Part shown: positions 42,569 through 51,071 of the stretch, piece by piece
Layout of the letters: each line of letters opens with the position of its first letter
How positions within the stretch are numbered: the stretch's first letter is position 1
IMG/VR virus record: IMGVR_UViG_3300009702_000018
Span: 39,046-103,045 of that record
Reading direction: 5' to 3' (one strand)
DNA length: 64,000 bases
Source: a virus
Position numbers and translations under genes: made by a program
Notes under the pieces: model-generated
What the model saw: the letters and a program-made list of their open reading frames with translations, nothing else
Database searches by the model: none
What the model was told of the DNA's origin: nothing

Positions 42569-42781
42569 ATGATGAGAACAAAAAGCTATTATATCAGAAA
42601 AGGGTATTTTTTCTTGCAGTTGGGGGGCAAATATTATAAAAAGGGGAGTAGTATAATCAGAAGGGGGATTACTCCCGAAAATCAAGAAGCCCGTGATAAT
42701 TATTATGAAAAGGGGAATAAATGCTTTTCTATAAGTGATAAGTATTATAGAAAAGCCCGAAGTATCAAAGAAGAAGACTAA
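42569..42781 (+). CDS. Early hypothetical protein with YY.KG repeats
   Basis: Between promoter and terminator; YYIRKG, YYKKG, YYEKG, YYRKA. Confidence 0.6.
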   Translation: MMRTKSYYIRKGYFFLQLGGKYYKKGSSIIRRGITPENQEARDNYYEKGNKCFSISDKYYRKARSIKEED

Positions 42782-42786
42782 CAATA

Positions 42787-42817
42787 AAAAGTGTGCAATT
42801 ACTTGCACACTTTTTTT
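42787..42817 (+). terminator. Cassette terminator T1
   Basis: AGTGTGCAA-TTAC-TTGCACACT followed by T-tract. Confidence 0.8.
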
Positions 42818-42872
42818 ATTTACTGCAAGCTTAATAACGGGCTTGCATAACTTTAATGTAAGGGTTGTTAAA

Positions 42873-43385
42873 ATGAAAACAACAAAAAAAACAAAGACAA
42901 AAAAAACAGCAACAAAAAATGAATTTGCAAAAATAGAAAAAGACTATATTGCAAGTTCAAAAAAACACACTCTTTTGAATAAAAGAGTTCAAACTTTCGA
43001 CTATAGGGATATCACAATCCCGAAAAGTCATGATGCAGGGTGCTTGTTATCGTTCTTTTTCAGTCAACAAAAGAACGCAAGCATACAAGACTTACTGAAT
43101 TTGATTCAAAAGATAACGGGAGTAAATCTTTTGAATAAATATCGTGCTGATTCATATCTGCGAGACGGGATCTATACTCTCACAAAAGATCCCGTTGCTA
43201 TGAATCGAAAGATTGATAGCAAAAATAAAGACTATTATGCAGTATCCCGTTTTGGGTTCCCGTCTCAAAAAAGGGTTTCACTCAAAACGGGCGTTTTTTG
43301 TTTCATTCATGGGGCAAAGTATAGACGCCCTGACGCAAGCGAATTGAAAGAAGCTTGCAATAGAATAGTCAACAAAATGAAATAA
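42873..43385 (+). CDS. Early basic hypothetical protein
   Basis: Start MKTTKK at 42873, after the duplicated leader. Confidence 0.7.
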   Translation: MKTTKKTKTKKTATKNEFAKIEKDYIASSKKHTLLNKRVQTFDYRDITIPKSHDAGCLLSFFFSQQKNASIQDLLNLIQKITGVNLLNKYRADSYLRDGIYTLTKDPVAMNRKIDSKNKDYYAVSRFGFPSQKRVSLKTGVFCFIHGAKYRRPDASELKEACNRIVNKMK

Positions 43386-43392
43386 ATTGCAG

Positions 43393-43425
43393 GGGAGTGC
43401 AAGAAATTGCACTCCCACTTTTTTT
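43393..43425 (+). terminator. Cassette terminator T2
   Basis: GGGAGTGCAA-GAAA-TTGCACTCCC followed by T-tract. Confidence 0.8.
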
Positions 43426-43432
43426 ACCCTGC

Positions 43433-43556
43433 TTGTGAAATTTTTCACAAACTGTTCTACGGGGATGCAAGATATTGCACAAATTGTGCAATGATTTTCA
43501 CATATTACGAATGCTTGTGAAATTTTTCACAATCTTGCTTGTGAAATTTTTCACAA
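43433..43556. promoter_or_regulatory. Three more TTGTGAA-N4-TTCACAA operators
   Basis: Boxes at 43433, 43515, 43539. Confidence 0.75.
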
Positions 43557-43732
43557 TTACGACTACCTGTCCATATACCTGACCATAAACCGCTGACCGA
43601 AATATCTGCGGTCTATCCTGTCCATAATATACGGTGTGGATAGCTGCGGAACTACCTCGGTGTTACCTTTCCTGTCCATACAAACCTTACCAAAATAGCT
43701 ACGGAACTACCATAAAAAAATAAAAAAAAGAC

Positions 43733-43761
43733 TTGACAATTTTAGCAGATATGACGACATT
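43733..43761 (+). promoter_or_regulatory. Early promoter
   Basis: TTGACA-N17-GACATT. Confidence 0.7.
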
Positions 43762-43813
43762 ATAAGTGTATTTTAATTATGAAATACACAACAACAAAAT
43801 AAAGGGATATATT

Positions 43814-44020
43814 ATGACCCCAACAAACAATGATATACTCAAACGCAAGTTACATGAGTATAGACGCATATTACGTGAAACTGATGATATAAAGACTATT
43901 TACAAAGTCGAAAATTCTCTCATTGGGTTCACTATGAAAAATTGTAACAAAAATGAATTTGACTTAATTTTTGATTTAATCACTGAAGCTAAATTATTCA
44001 AATTTAATTTAAAGGGTTAA
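43814..44020 (+). CDS. Early hypothetical protein
   Basis: Start MTPTNN after AAGGGA; cassette context. Confidence 0.65.
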   Translation: MTPTNNDILKRKLHEYRRILRETDDIKTIYKVENSLIGFTMKNCNKNEFDLIFDLITEAKLFKFNLKG

Positions 44021-44037
44021 AAAATAGAAAAATAAAT

Positions 44038-44066
44038 AGTGTGCAAGAAATTGCACACTTTTTTTT
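44038..44066 (+). terminator. Cassette terminator T3
   Basis: AGTGTGCAA-GAAA-TTGCACACT followed by T-tract. Confidence 0.8.
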
Positions 44067-44324
44067 ACCCATATTATCCAATGGTTTTATATCACCATTT
44101 CATTCCTTTTCCTCTTTCCTCTCCATACCTATAATCTTCTATACCTATCCTTACGAATACCTTTCCATATACCTCGGTGAATCACTGCGGAATCACCTCG
44201 GTATCTCCTCAACCGCTACTGATCCTTACCATCACCTTTCCTGTCCATAATATACACCGAAAATAACTGCGGTACAACCAATGGATGGAACCGAAAAAAA
44301 AATTTAAACAACCTTGGAAAGTAC

Positions 44325-44353
44325 TTGACAAACCGTGGGGAATTGTCGATATT
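44325..44353 (+). promoter_or_regulatory. Early promoter
   Basis: TTGACA-N17-GATATT. Confidence 0.75.
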
Positions 44354-44405
44354 ATTATTGTAATTCAATTATGAATTATACAACATTGAAAAACGGGAGT
44401 TTATT

Positions 44406-44636
44406 ATGAGCTTCACAACACAAAAAGAAACACACATAAATAAACAAATCAGAAAACTTCTGAATGAAGTTTTTAAAATGCACGATGCAAAAATGATAAC
44501 AACAGCACTTGCATCAGAATTTATTAAACAAATTTTAGAGGGGCAAAATTTTATACTGTATAATAATAAAGATAAAGAACTTTTAGAAAAAGCGACATAT
44601 CTCATGTTTCATAACTTTTTGAATAGCAAAATTTAA
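44406..44636 (+). CDS. Early helical protein (family C)
   Basis: GGGAG RBS; cassette context. Confidence 0.7.
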   Translation: MSFTTQKETHINKQIRKLLNEVFKMHDAKMITTALASEFIKQILEGQNFILYNNKDKELLEKATYLMFHNFLNSKI

Positions 44637-44657
44637 AATTCCCTTATTTTATTATTA

Positions 44658-44690
44658 AGAGAGTGTGCAAAATATTGCATACTCTTTTTT
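44658..44690 (+). terminator. Cassette terminator T4
   Basis: GAGTGTGCAA-AATA-TTGCATACTC followed by T-tract. Confidence 0.75.
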
Positions 44691-44837
44691 ATATATATTA
44701 TCCACTGGTTCTATATTCCTTACGCACCTTTACGACTACTTTGGTATAGGTTCGACTTGGCTTAACATAGGTCTCTCCTTCGAAGAACCACTCATAATAT
44801 ACACCTAAAATAACTGCGGTACTACCATAAAAAACAC

Positions 44838-44866
44838 TTGACAAACCAAGGGGAAATGTCGATATT
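44838..44866 (+). promoter_or_regulatory. Early promoter
   Basis: TTGACA-N17-GATATT. Confidence 0.75.
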
Positions 44867-44918
44867 ATAGTTGTAACTTAATAACAAGTTACGCAACTAC
44901 AAATTAAGGGAGTTTATT

Positions 44919-45146
44919 ATGACTCAAGCAACAAGAGAACAAACTTTTTTAAACGAACGAATTAAAGAGTTTATTCGGGATTTGCAATCACAAGAAAAAG
45001 ACGATTTGGAGATTGTTAGTGAAGTTATAGCATTGGGAATTGATGCTATGATTGAAATTTGGGAAGCGGAAAATAAGGACACTGAACAACTACGCTATTT
45101 GATGCATCTAATAGATGAATCAATAGAAAAAGTAGAGTTAATCTGA
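44919..45146 (+). CDS. Early acidic helical protein (family C)
   Basis: GGGAG RBS; cassette context. Confidence 0.7.
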   Translation: MTQATREQTFLNERIKEFIRDLQSQEKDDLEIVSEVIALGIDAMIEIWEAENKDTEQLRYLMHLIDESIEKVELI

Positions 45147-45155
45147 ATTGTAAAC

Positions 45156-45189
45156 AAAGAGTGTGCAAAGAATTGCATACTTTTTGTTT
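45156..45189 (+). terminator. Cassette terminator T5
   Basis: AGTGTGCAA-AGAA-TTGCATACT followed by T-tract. Confidence 0.75.
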
Positions 45190-45359
45190 ACAAAAATTCT
45201 CCTCTGGTTTCCCATTCCTCTAATTTATAAACCTTGGTTCTATCCTTTCCATTACGAGTACCTTGGTACAGGTTCGACTTGGTTCAACATAGGTCTCTCC
45301 TTCGAGGAACCGCCCATAATACATACCAAAAATAGCTGTGGTCTAACCGTAAAAAACAC

Positions 45360-45388
45360 TTGACAAACCGAGAGTAGTTGTCGATATT
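45360..45388 (+). promoter_or_regulatory. Early promoter
   Basis: TTGACA-N17-GATATT. Confidence 0.75.
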
Positions 45389-45434
45389 ATAAGTATAATT
45401 CAATAAAGAATTATATAACTTGAAGGGATTTAAA

Positions 45435-45677
45435 ATGTTAAACAAAACAGAAAGACAGTTGACGGAGTTCATTAGACTTCTCAAAACTGAAGCAGACAAT
45501 TCGGAGGGCGAAATAACAGATTTGGATGTAGCCCGTTCATTAGAAGGGGTTTTGGCGGATTCACTACTTAATATCTACGGGAGTAGAAACTCGGAGCATT
45601 CTATCGGGAAATCAGAAGTAAAAGTATCGGATGCTATATTCGATTTAATCAACGACATAGAATACGGCTCAAATTAA
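45435..45677 (+). CDS. Early acidic helical protein (family C; paralog of 49828-50139)
   Basis: ERQLTEFIRLLK...DLDVARSLEGVL aligns with QKELTEHLRILK...DEDIARSIENVV. Confidence 0.7.
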   Translation: MLNKTERQLTEFIRLLKTEADNSEGEITDLDVARSLEGVLADSLLNIYGSRNSEHSIGKSEVKVSDAIFDLINDIEYGSN

Positions 45678-45689
45678 CTCCCTTCTGTT

Positions 45690-45721
45690 AAAGAATATGC
45701 AAGAAATTGCATATTCTTTTT
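45690..45721 (+). terminator. Cassette terminator T6
   Basis: AAGAATATGCAA-GAAA-TTGCATATTCTT followed by T-tract. Confidence 0.75.
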
Positions 45722-45898
45722 ACCCCATATTAACCTCGGTTTATCCCCAGCCATTCCATTGGTCATTATCCTCTTACGAATACCTTATAACCTGGTCAAA
45801 ATAGCTGGGAAACTCCTATCCATAGGTCTGGAATTACCTATCATATATACCAGACAAAATTACTGCGGTCTCATCTTAACATCATCTCCTTTCTATTT

Positions 45899-46114
45899 TT
45901 ACATTTTAACCAGTAATGTCTTATTCCCTCCATTTTCTATAAACATTCCATTGTCAGCCAAATAATGAACAAATTCATTTATTGCCGTCATTTTATCATT
46001 GGTCTGAACTTTGAACCGACAGATGTCTCTTCCATCATATGCGGTGAATAATCTGAACCGATAACGATTATCAATCTCCGCATAGAAATATTCGAGCTTT
46101 GCTCTGACCTTCAT
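45899..46114 (-). CDS. Early hypothetical protein (inverted cassette)
   Basis: Start MKVRAK at 46114 with GAAAGGAG RBS and its own promoter. Confidence 0.65.
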   Translation of the reverse strand: MKVRAKLEYFYAEIDNRYRFRLFTAYDGRDICRFKVQTNDKMTAINEFVHYLADNGMFIENGGNKTLLVKM

Positions 46115-46162
46115 CGTGTCTCCTTTCACGATTATCTTTGTTAATCTTTTTGTTGTCGATAC

Positions 46163-46191
46163 AATATAATGAATAAGCAGAGGTTTGTCAA
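46163..46191 (-). promoter_or_regulatory. Early promoter on the minus strand
   Basis: TTGACA-N17-TATATT. Confidence 0.7.
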
Positions 46192-46656
46192 GTGATTTCC
46201 TTGGCGATTTAATAAAAACCTGTACTTTACCCCCTCCAAAACCATACAAATTTTCTGGTAATTTCCAGACAAAACTCCAAACACGAGGCACCAAAGTGGT
46301 CGGCATTGGTCTTAAATGAGGTTGCTCTTAACCAAATAAAACCTTGTACTGCACGCTGCCAATACCATACAAAATGGCATTTGCCGCTCCTTAAACACCA
46401 CTTTTTCTCTCTCCAAATCTTCCAAAATACCGAAATTTTCACCTATTTTAATGAAATCTGGTGAAGAAATGACCAATCCAGAGGAAATTTGAGGAAAAAA
46501 CCAGGCTAAAAATACTTGAATATACCTTTAGCAATCTTTATATAAGTATAGTATAGTAGTCTTATATCTGTATAATGAGAGAAAATAGATAGCGATAAGT
46601 CGTTGGATGAGAAGAGGATGAAGGCATATTGGAATATATGTAGGGGACACCTCTCC

Positions 46657-46905
46657 CACAAAATCGTTAATTTTGACTCCATTTTAATATAAAATCAATA
46701 ATTTTAACCATACTATTGTTTAAGTATTGATATTTATATGGATAATAACAGTAATAAACATAAGAACTTAACCTCGGCATTTCGCACAAAATCGTTAATT
46801 TTGACTCCTTTTTTAATAATATCAATAAATATGATAAAATATATTTATAATATAGTTATATTGATATAGGTAACAACAATAATGAACATAAGCATTTAAC
46901 CTCGA
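46657..46905. repeat. Degenerate 128-bp tandem duplication in AT-rich non-coding DNA
   Basis: CACAAAATCGTTAATTTTGACTCC exact at 46657 and 46785; both units end AACATAAG...TTAACCTCG. Confidence 0.8.
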
Positions 46906-47040
46906 AATTAGGCAGTCGTAAAGGCAAAATCATCACCTCAAATAATTTCAAAATACCGTAAATAATTCTTGTTTTTTAAGTAAAATATGATATATTGTAG
47001 TATAAAATGTATAATAGAACTATGAACATAGAGGTTTGAA

Positions 47041-47259
47041 ATGATAATACATTTAAAATCGAATAAAAAGAAATTGGATAAAAAGAAAACAGACACATCG
47101 AATCATATCGCAAAACTTTGGTATGATGTCTTGAAAATGGATGCAGAAATAGAAGACGAACCATATACTTGGTATACAGTCGGAACTTTAACTTATGAAG
47201 ATTGGATGAAAGAATATGTAACTCAACCTTTTATATATGAGGAAGATAATGAAAATTAA
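47041..47259 (+). CDS. Hypothetical protein
   Basis: GAGG RBS; coupled to the family A array. Confidence 0.6.
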   Translation: MIIHLKSNKKKLDKKKTDTSNHIAKLWYDVLKMDAEIEDEPYTWYTVGTLTYEDWMKEYVTQPFIYEEDNEN

Positions 47260-47497
47260 ATTAAAGAGAAAAGATAAAGGAGAAGTATATTTTGAAATTG
47301 GGAAAGTATATTTTAAAGGAAATATACAAAATAAGATTTTTACTTTAAACAAAATAAGTATGGATTTTTTCAATTATTCCTGTCCCGAAATCGAATTATA
47401 TTCAGCATACCTTAAAAAGATTATAGACAAAAAAAGGTTGATGATACCATCTGAACAGAAATTGCTTAAGGAAAAAGGAATAATATATGAAAGTTAA
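47249..47497 (+). CDS. Family A paralog 1
   Basis: MKIKL...YF.I...FKG.I....FTL...CP.IEL...KIIDK...KGIIYE. Confidence 0.8.
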   Translation: MKIKLKRKDKGEVYFEIGKVYFKGNIQNKIFTLNKISMDFFNYSCPEIELYSAYLKKIIDKKRLMIPSEQKLLKEKGIIYES

Positions 47498-47747
47498 ATT
47501 AGAACCGATGAAACAAAAAGTCTATTTCACGATTGGAACAGATCGTTTTGGAGGAATATTAAAACATAGAATTTTCTATTTAAAGGAAATTGTTTTAGTG
47601 AAAAGTTATGTTATCCCCTATCCTCGCATTGAATTAAATTCATTTAATATAACCAAAGTTGTAGATAGAGAAAGAATGATGCTATCTTCTGGTGTTCAAC
47701 AACTCGAAATAGAAGGAATAGAATATGCATATAAGCTTAGGAAATAA
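47487..47747 (+). CDS. Family A paralog 2
   Basis: Same motif set. Confidence 0.8.
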   Translation: MKVKLEPMKQKVYFTIGTDRFGGILKHRIFYLKEIVLVKSYVIPYPRIELNSFNITKVVDRERMMLSSGVQQLEIEGIEYAYKLRK

Positions 47748-47970
47748 GGAACGAGAAGTATATTTTTATATTCTGGATTATAAATTTAAGGGAACTATAC
47801 GAAATAAAGTTTTCACCTTAAAAAAGGTATTACCTAGTAATGTTCCTTTATCTTGTCCCAAAATAGAATTAAGTACCGAATATATAACAAAGGTTATAGA
47901 TAAGGAAGTAATAATGGTGTTATTTGAACGCAATGTTGTCAGAACAAAAGGAATAATATATGAAAATTAG
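47725..47970 (+). CDS. Family A paralog 3
   Basis: Same motif set. Confidence 0.8.
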   Translation: MHISLGNKEREVYFYILDYKFKGTIRNKVFTLKKVLPSNVPLSCPKIELSTEYITKVIDKEVIMVLFERNVVRTKGIIYEN

Positions 47971-48208
47971 ATTAGGAAAAGAAGAAAAGGAAGAAGAAGT
48001 ATATTTTCTTTTGGAGGGTTATTTTTTTAGAGGAACTTTGAAAGATGAAATTTTTACCATAAAAGATGTTCTTATCGGCACTTATCCAAAATCTTCTGAC
48101 CTCGTTGTAGATCCATTCTCTTTAGAAAAGGTTATAGATAAGGAAACAAGATTATCTCCTCTTGAACGCCGAATACTTGTAGGGAATGGAGTAGAATATG
48201 AGAATTAA
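47960..48208 (+). CDS. Family A paralog 4
   Basis: Same motif set. Confidence 0.8.
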   Translation: MKIRLGKEEKEEEVYFLLEGYFFRGTLKDEIFTIKDVLIGTYPKSSDLVVDPFSLEKVIDKETRLSPLERRILVGNGVEYEN

Positions 48209-48226
48209 AATTACCTTAAATAATGC

Positions 48227-48255
48227 TTGACAATCCAAGCATAATTGTCGATATT
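48227..48255 (+). promoter_or_regulatory. Early promoter
   Basis: TTGACA-N17-GATATT. Confidence 0.75.
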
Positions 48256-48306
48256 ATAAACGTGCAATAATAGTGTTGCATAAAACCCATAAACGGGAGT
48301 TTAACA

Positions 48307-48864
48307 ATGTTTTATGAAAGCGAACAATTATCAGGCAGCATTTATACATTTGAAATCAAATGTGAAAAATGCAGAAAGGTATTTTCGGGAACAGTAGAAA
48401 TCCCATATAAGGACTTCTATTGTAAATCAGCAAGAGAAATAAGGAACTCGTTGAAAGAGGACATCGAAAAAGTCTACAACAAACATTCTAAAAAATGCAA
48501 AGGAAAGTTAAAAAAGGTTAAAAAAATTGTCCCAATCAAAAAGTTAGTGGAGCTATCAGAAAAAGATATTGCTAAAATAATGAAAATGAAACCGGTCAAG
48601 AAGATTGTCCCAACAAGTAATTATCAGGAACTTATTTCTGATATTGAGTTTAAGAATTTTAAGCTCGGTCGCTGGGGCAATATCTCTTATAATGATGAAA
48701 GAGAAACAACGGAATTCATTTATCCCGAATTAGCAATGCGATTTGCGGAGCTTAAAAATGTCCCAATCACAACAACGGCGGGGGAAGAGTTTCTTGAAAT
48801 GTCAGAGGAAATTCGAGCAAATAAAAAGAGAAAAGAAAAGTATATAAGGAGTGCTTTGAGGTAA
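48307..48864 (+). CDS. Hypothetical protein, possible Zn finger
   Basis: CEKC...HSKKC; repeated KKIVP. Confidence 0.65.
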   Translation: MFYESEQLSGSIYTFEIKCEKCRKVFSGTVEIPYKDFYCKSAREIRNSLKEDIEKVYNKHSKKCKGKLKKVKKIVPIKKLVELSEKDIAKIMKMKPVKKIVPTSNYQELISDIEFKNFKLGRWGNISYNDERETTEFIYPELAMRFAELKNVPITTTAGEEFLEMSEEIRANKKRKEKYIRSALR

Positions 48865-48964
48865 AAATTTGTTGTTCGTGTAACTCCCTAAAACAAACGA
48901 GGTGAGCTTTGATGCTTATCTCGTTTGTGAAAAATAAGGGAGGTAATCGTAAAGGAGAAATAAA

Positions 48965-49342
48965 ATGGAGATAAATCTCACTAATCAAACGGACATAAAA
49001 TATTGCGAAGATAAAGATATGAACCAATATTTTTATTCTAAAAAATATGATATAATGCTATACAAAAGTAATCTGATATGGTATCTAATAAGTTTAGAAA
49101 GTTTTCCTCATCCTCAACTTATTGAAAAAAAATATCCAGAGGGAATGATGATTGTATGGCAACATAATGTATCTGATGCCATTTCTTTTTCAGAACAAAG
49201 AGACTTTTTTAAGGAATTGAGTAAAGAATATGGTGTAAGAATAGGAGTAATGGATCTTGATAAAAAATACAATAAGATTACAGCATTTACCAAATATGAA
49301 TGGGGCAAAGAAATAGATACCGATGTCGAGGTCAATAAATGA
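48965..49342 (+). CDS. Outlying family B paralog
   Basis: MEINL...TDI...YSKKYDIMLYK...W...FFKELSKEYGV. Confidence 0.65.
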   Translation: MEINLTNQTDIKYCEDKDMNQYFYSKKYDIMLYKSNLIWYLISLESFPHPQLIEKKYPEGMMIVWQHNVSDAISFSEQRDFFKELSKEYGVRIGVMDLDKKYNKITAFTKYEWGKEIDTDVEVNK

Positions 49343-49554
49343 GAAAAACAAATAAGGAATATAAAAAGCAAGAGATTTGGTTAAGTAATTTTTCTAACTT
49401 GTTCTCATATAATCGGTTAGAAAAAACTGGGATAGGAAGTCAATATATATGATTAGGTCATATAAAGTGTTAAACAATAAGAGGTTAAGAAAATGTCGTT
49501 TGTCCGTTTTATAAGATTGACACAAGACATATCACCTCACAAAAGGAGTCCCCT

Positions 49555-49818
49555 ATGAACGCAATCGAGAAAATGATAAAGGAGAAAAAAGAAAGAACAA
49601 AAAAACTACATAGGAATCTAACAACATACCTTCACGAAGTAATATTGTCAAATGTGGATAGTGAAATCATTGCAGATGAAATTATAGTTTTGGTTCTTGA
49701 TTCATTATTTGAAATATACGATGTGGATAAAAACAAAGTTAATACCTCACATTGGGAAAATGAACTTCTGGACTCAATATCTGAAATAATAGATAAAATT
49801 AAAACCAGCAGAAAATAG
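49555..49818 (+). CDS. Helical protein (family C-like)
   Basis: AGGAG RBS; DSEIIADEIIVLVLDSLFEIY. Confidence 0.65.
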   Translation: MNAIEKMIKEKKERTKKLHRNLTTYLHEVILSNVDSEIIADEIIVLVLDSLFEIYDVDKNKVNTSHWENELLDSISEIIDKIKTSRK

Positions 49819-49827
49819 GAGTATATT

Positions 49828-50139
49828 ATGAAAGATTCAGTAACCAGACGACAAAAAGAACTAACAGAACATCTTCGGATATTAAAAAATAAAACCTCAA
49901 ATCATAGAGGGGAAAGGCTTTTTGACGAAGATATTGCTCGGTCAATTGAAAATGTGGTTCTCGATGAAATACTTTTAACCAAAAATGCTATATTTAATGT
50001 TTTTGAAAATAATGATGGAAAAACTATCAAAAATACGGAAATAAAATTGATAGAATTTCTCTCTGGTGTCTTTGACAAAATTGACAACAAAAGGTATTTA
50101 AACTATTCTTATTTTATAAATAAGGAATTATGGAATTAA
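49828..50139 (+). CDS. Helical protein (family C)
   Basis: Paralog of 45435-45677. Confidence 0.7.
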   Translation: MKDSVTRRQKELTEHLRILKNKTSNHRGERLFDEDIARSIENVVLDEILLTKNAIFNVFENNDGKTIKNTEIKLIEFLSGVFDKIDNKRYLNYSYFINKELWN

Positions 50140-50169
50140 AAATAATGATGAAACAACCTCAAATAGTGC

Positions 50170-50198
50170 TTGACAAACCGAGTAAATATGTCGATATT
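50170..50198 (+). promoter_or_regulatory. Early promoter
   Basis: TTGACA-N17-GATATT; downstream ATAAACGTGCAATAATA shared with the 48227 promoter. Confidence 0.75.
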
Positions 50199-50252
50199 AT
50201 AAACGTGCAATAATAATGTTACACACAAACAACAAAGCAAAGGAGAAAAACT

Positions 50253-50528
50253 ATGAAAGTAGTTGAAATCTCAAACCAAAAGTCAGTCTGCAATATCATT
50301 AAAAAATTGCATCATTTGGATGACAATGTATTTGTTCTTGAATCTCCCCCAGAAGATATTCCTGATAATTTGCTGACAAAAGTCGGGGATGGTATCTTTT
50401 CAGAAATGTGGAGCATAAAACATATCAGTTTCAATAAAATTCCTGTGTTCGCTAAAAAATTCAAACTCGGATATAAATATTATACAGATGCGAAATATAT
50501 TATTTCCATCATTGCTCATAATGTTTAA
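50253..50528 (+). CDS. Hypothetical protein
   Basis: AAGGAG RBS. Confidence 0.65.
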   Translation: MKVVEISNQKSVCNIIKKLHHLDDNVFVLESPPEDIPDNLLTKVGDGIFSEMWSIKHISFNKIPVFAKKFKLGYKYYTDAKYIISIIAHNV

Positions 50529-50553
50529 TATCTTGGAGAAAAAGGAATAAATT

Positions 50554-50805
50554 ATGATAGTTAGATTAAAAGAAAGAGGTCGAGAAGCATATTTCAGTAT
50601 GGAGGGCTTTTACTTTAAAGGAGTTATAGAAAATAAAATTTTTACCATAACTCGTATAATGTCAACAAAGACCAATATGACTTGTCCTCATATTTTTTTA
50701 GATAGACGAATTGTAAGAAAAGTTGTGGATAAACATAGATTTATAACATACTCATCGACCTTAAAACATAATCTTTCAATATGTGGAATAGAATATGAGA
50801 ATTAA
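50554..50805 (+). CDS. Family A paralog 5
   Basis: YF...FKGVI..KIFT...CP.I.L...KVVDK...GIEYEN. Confidence 0.8.
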   Translation: MIVRLKERGREAYFSMEGFYFKGVIENKIFTITRIMSTKTNMTCPHIFLDRRIVRKVVDKHRFITYSSTLKHNLSICGIEYEN

Positions 50806-50823
50806 AAATGCCTTAAAAAAAAC

Positions 50824-50851
50824 TTGACAATCCTGACAAAATGATTATATT
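50824..50851 (+). promoter_or_regulatory. Early promoter
   Basis: TTGACA-N16-TATATT. Confidence 0.6.
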
Positions 50852-50897
50852 AAATTGCATAAATACGAACAACGAACAAATAATGAAAGGACAAAAA

Positions 50898-51071
50898 ATG
50901 CACGAAACAAAAGACAAATTGGAAGAACTTAAAAGAGAATATTCAAAAGCTCTTAAGGAAGCAGAAGACATTCCTGAAAAATTTGAATATCTTGCATCAT
51001 TAGAAATGGCAATATATGAATTGGAATCTTCTCTGAACGAACTCATAATTTTAAGAGGAGAAAAAATATGA
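50898..51071 (+). CDS. Small acidic coiled-coil protein
   Basis: Start MHETK after AAAGGA. Confidence 0.6.
   Translation: MHETKDKLEELKREYSKALKEAEDIPEKFEYLASLEMAIYELESSLNELIILRGEKI

Noticed and set aside
42318-42581. 87-aa minus-strand ORF with repeated CEKFHK/VKKFT
   Set aside because: It is just the translation of the operator repeats and promoter region.
42184-43556. Palindromic repeats as a CRISPR array
   Set aside because: Repeats are only 18 bp with irregular spacing (3 to ~1000 bp) and no cas genes; they fit operator sites better.
44745-45300. GGTTCGACT resembling a tRNA T-loop (two copies)
   Set aside because: No cloverleaf stems, acceptor stem or CCA could be built; it is part of the duplicated spacer.
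44041-45965. ORFs beginning MQEIAHF/MQRIAYF and similar spacer ORFs
   Set aside because: They start inside terminator hairpins at GTG with no RBS; their similarity reflects the DNA repeat.
49517-49545. TTGACA upstream of 49555 as a promoter
   Set aside because: No acceptable -10 at 16-18 bp spacing.
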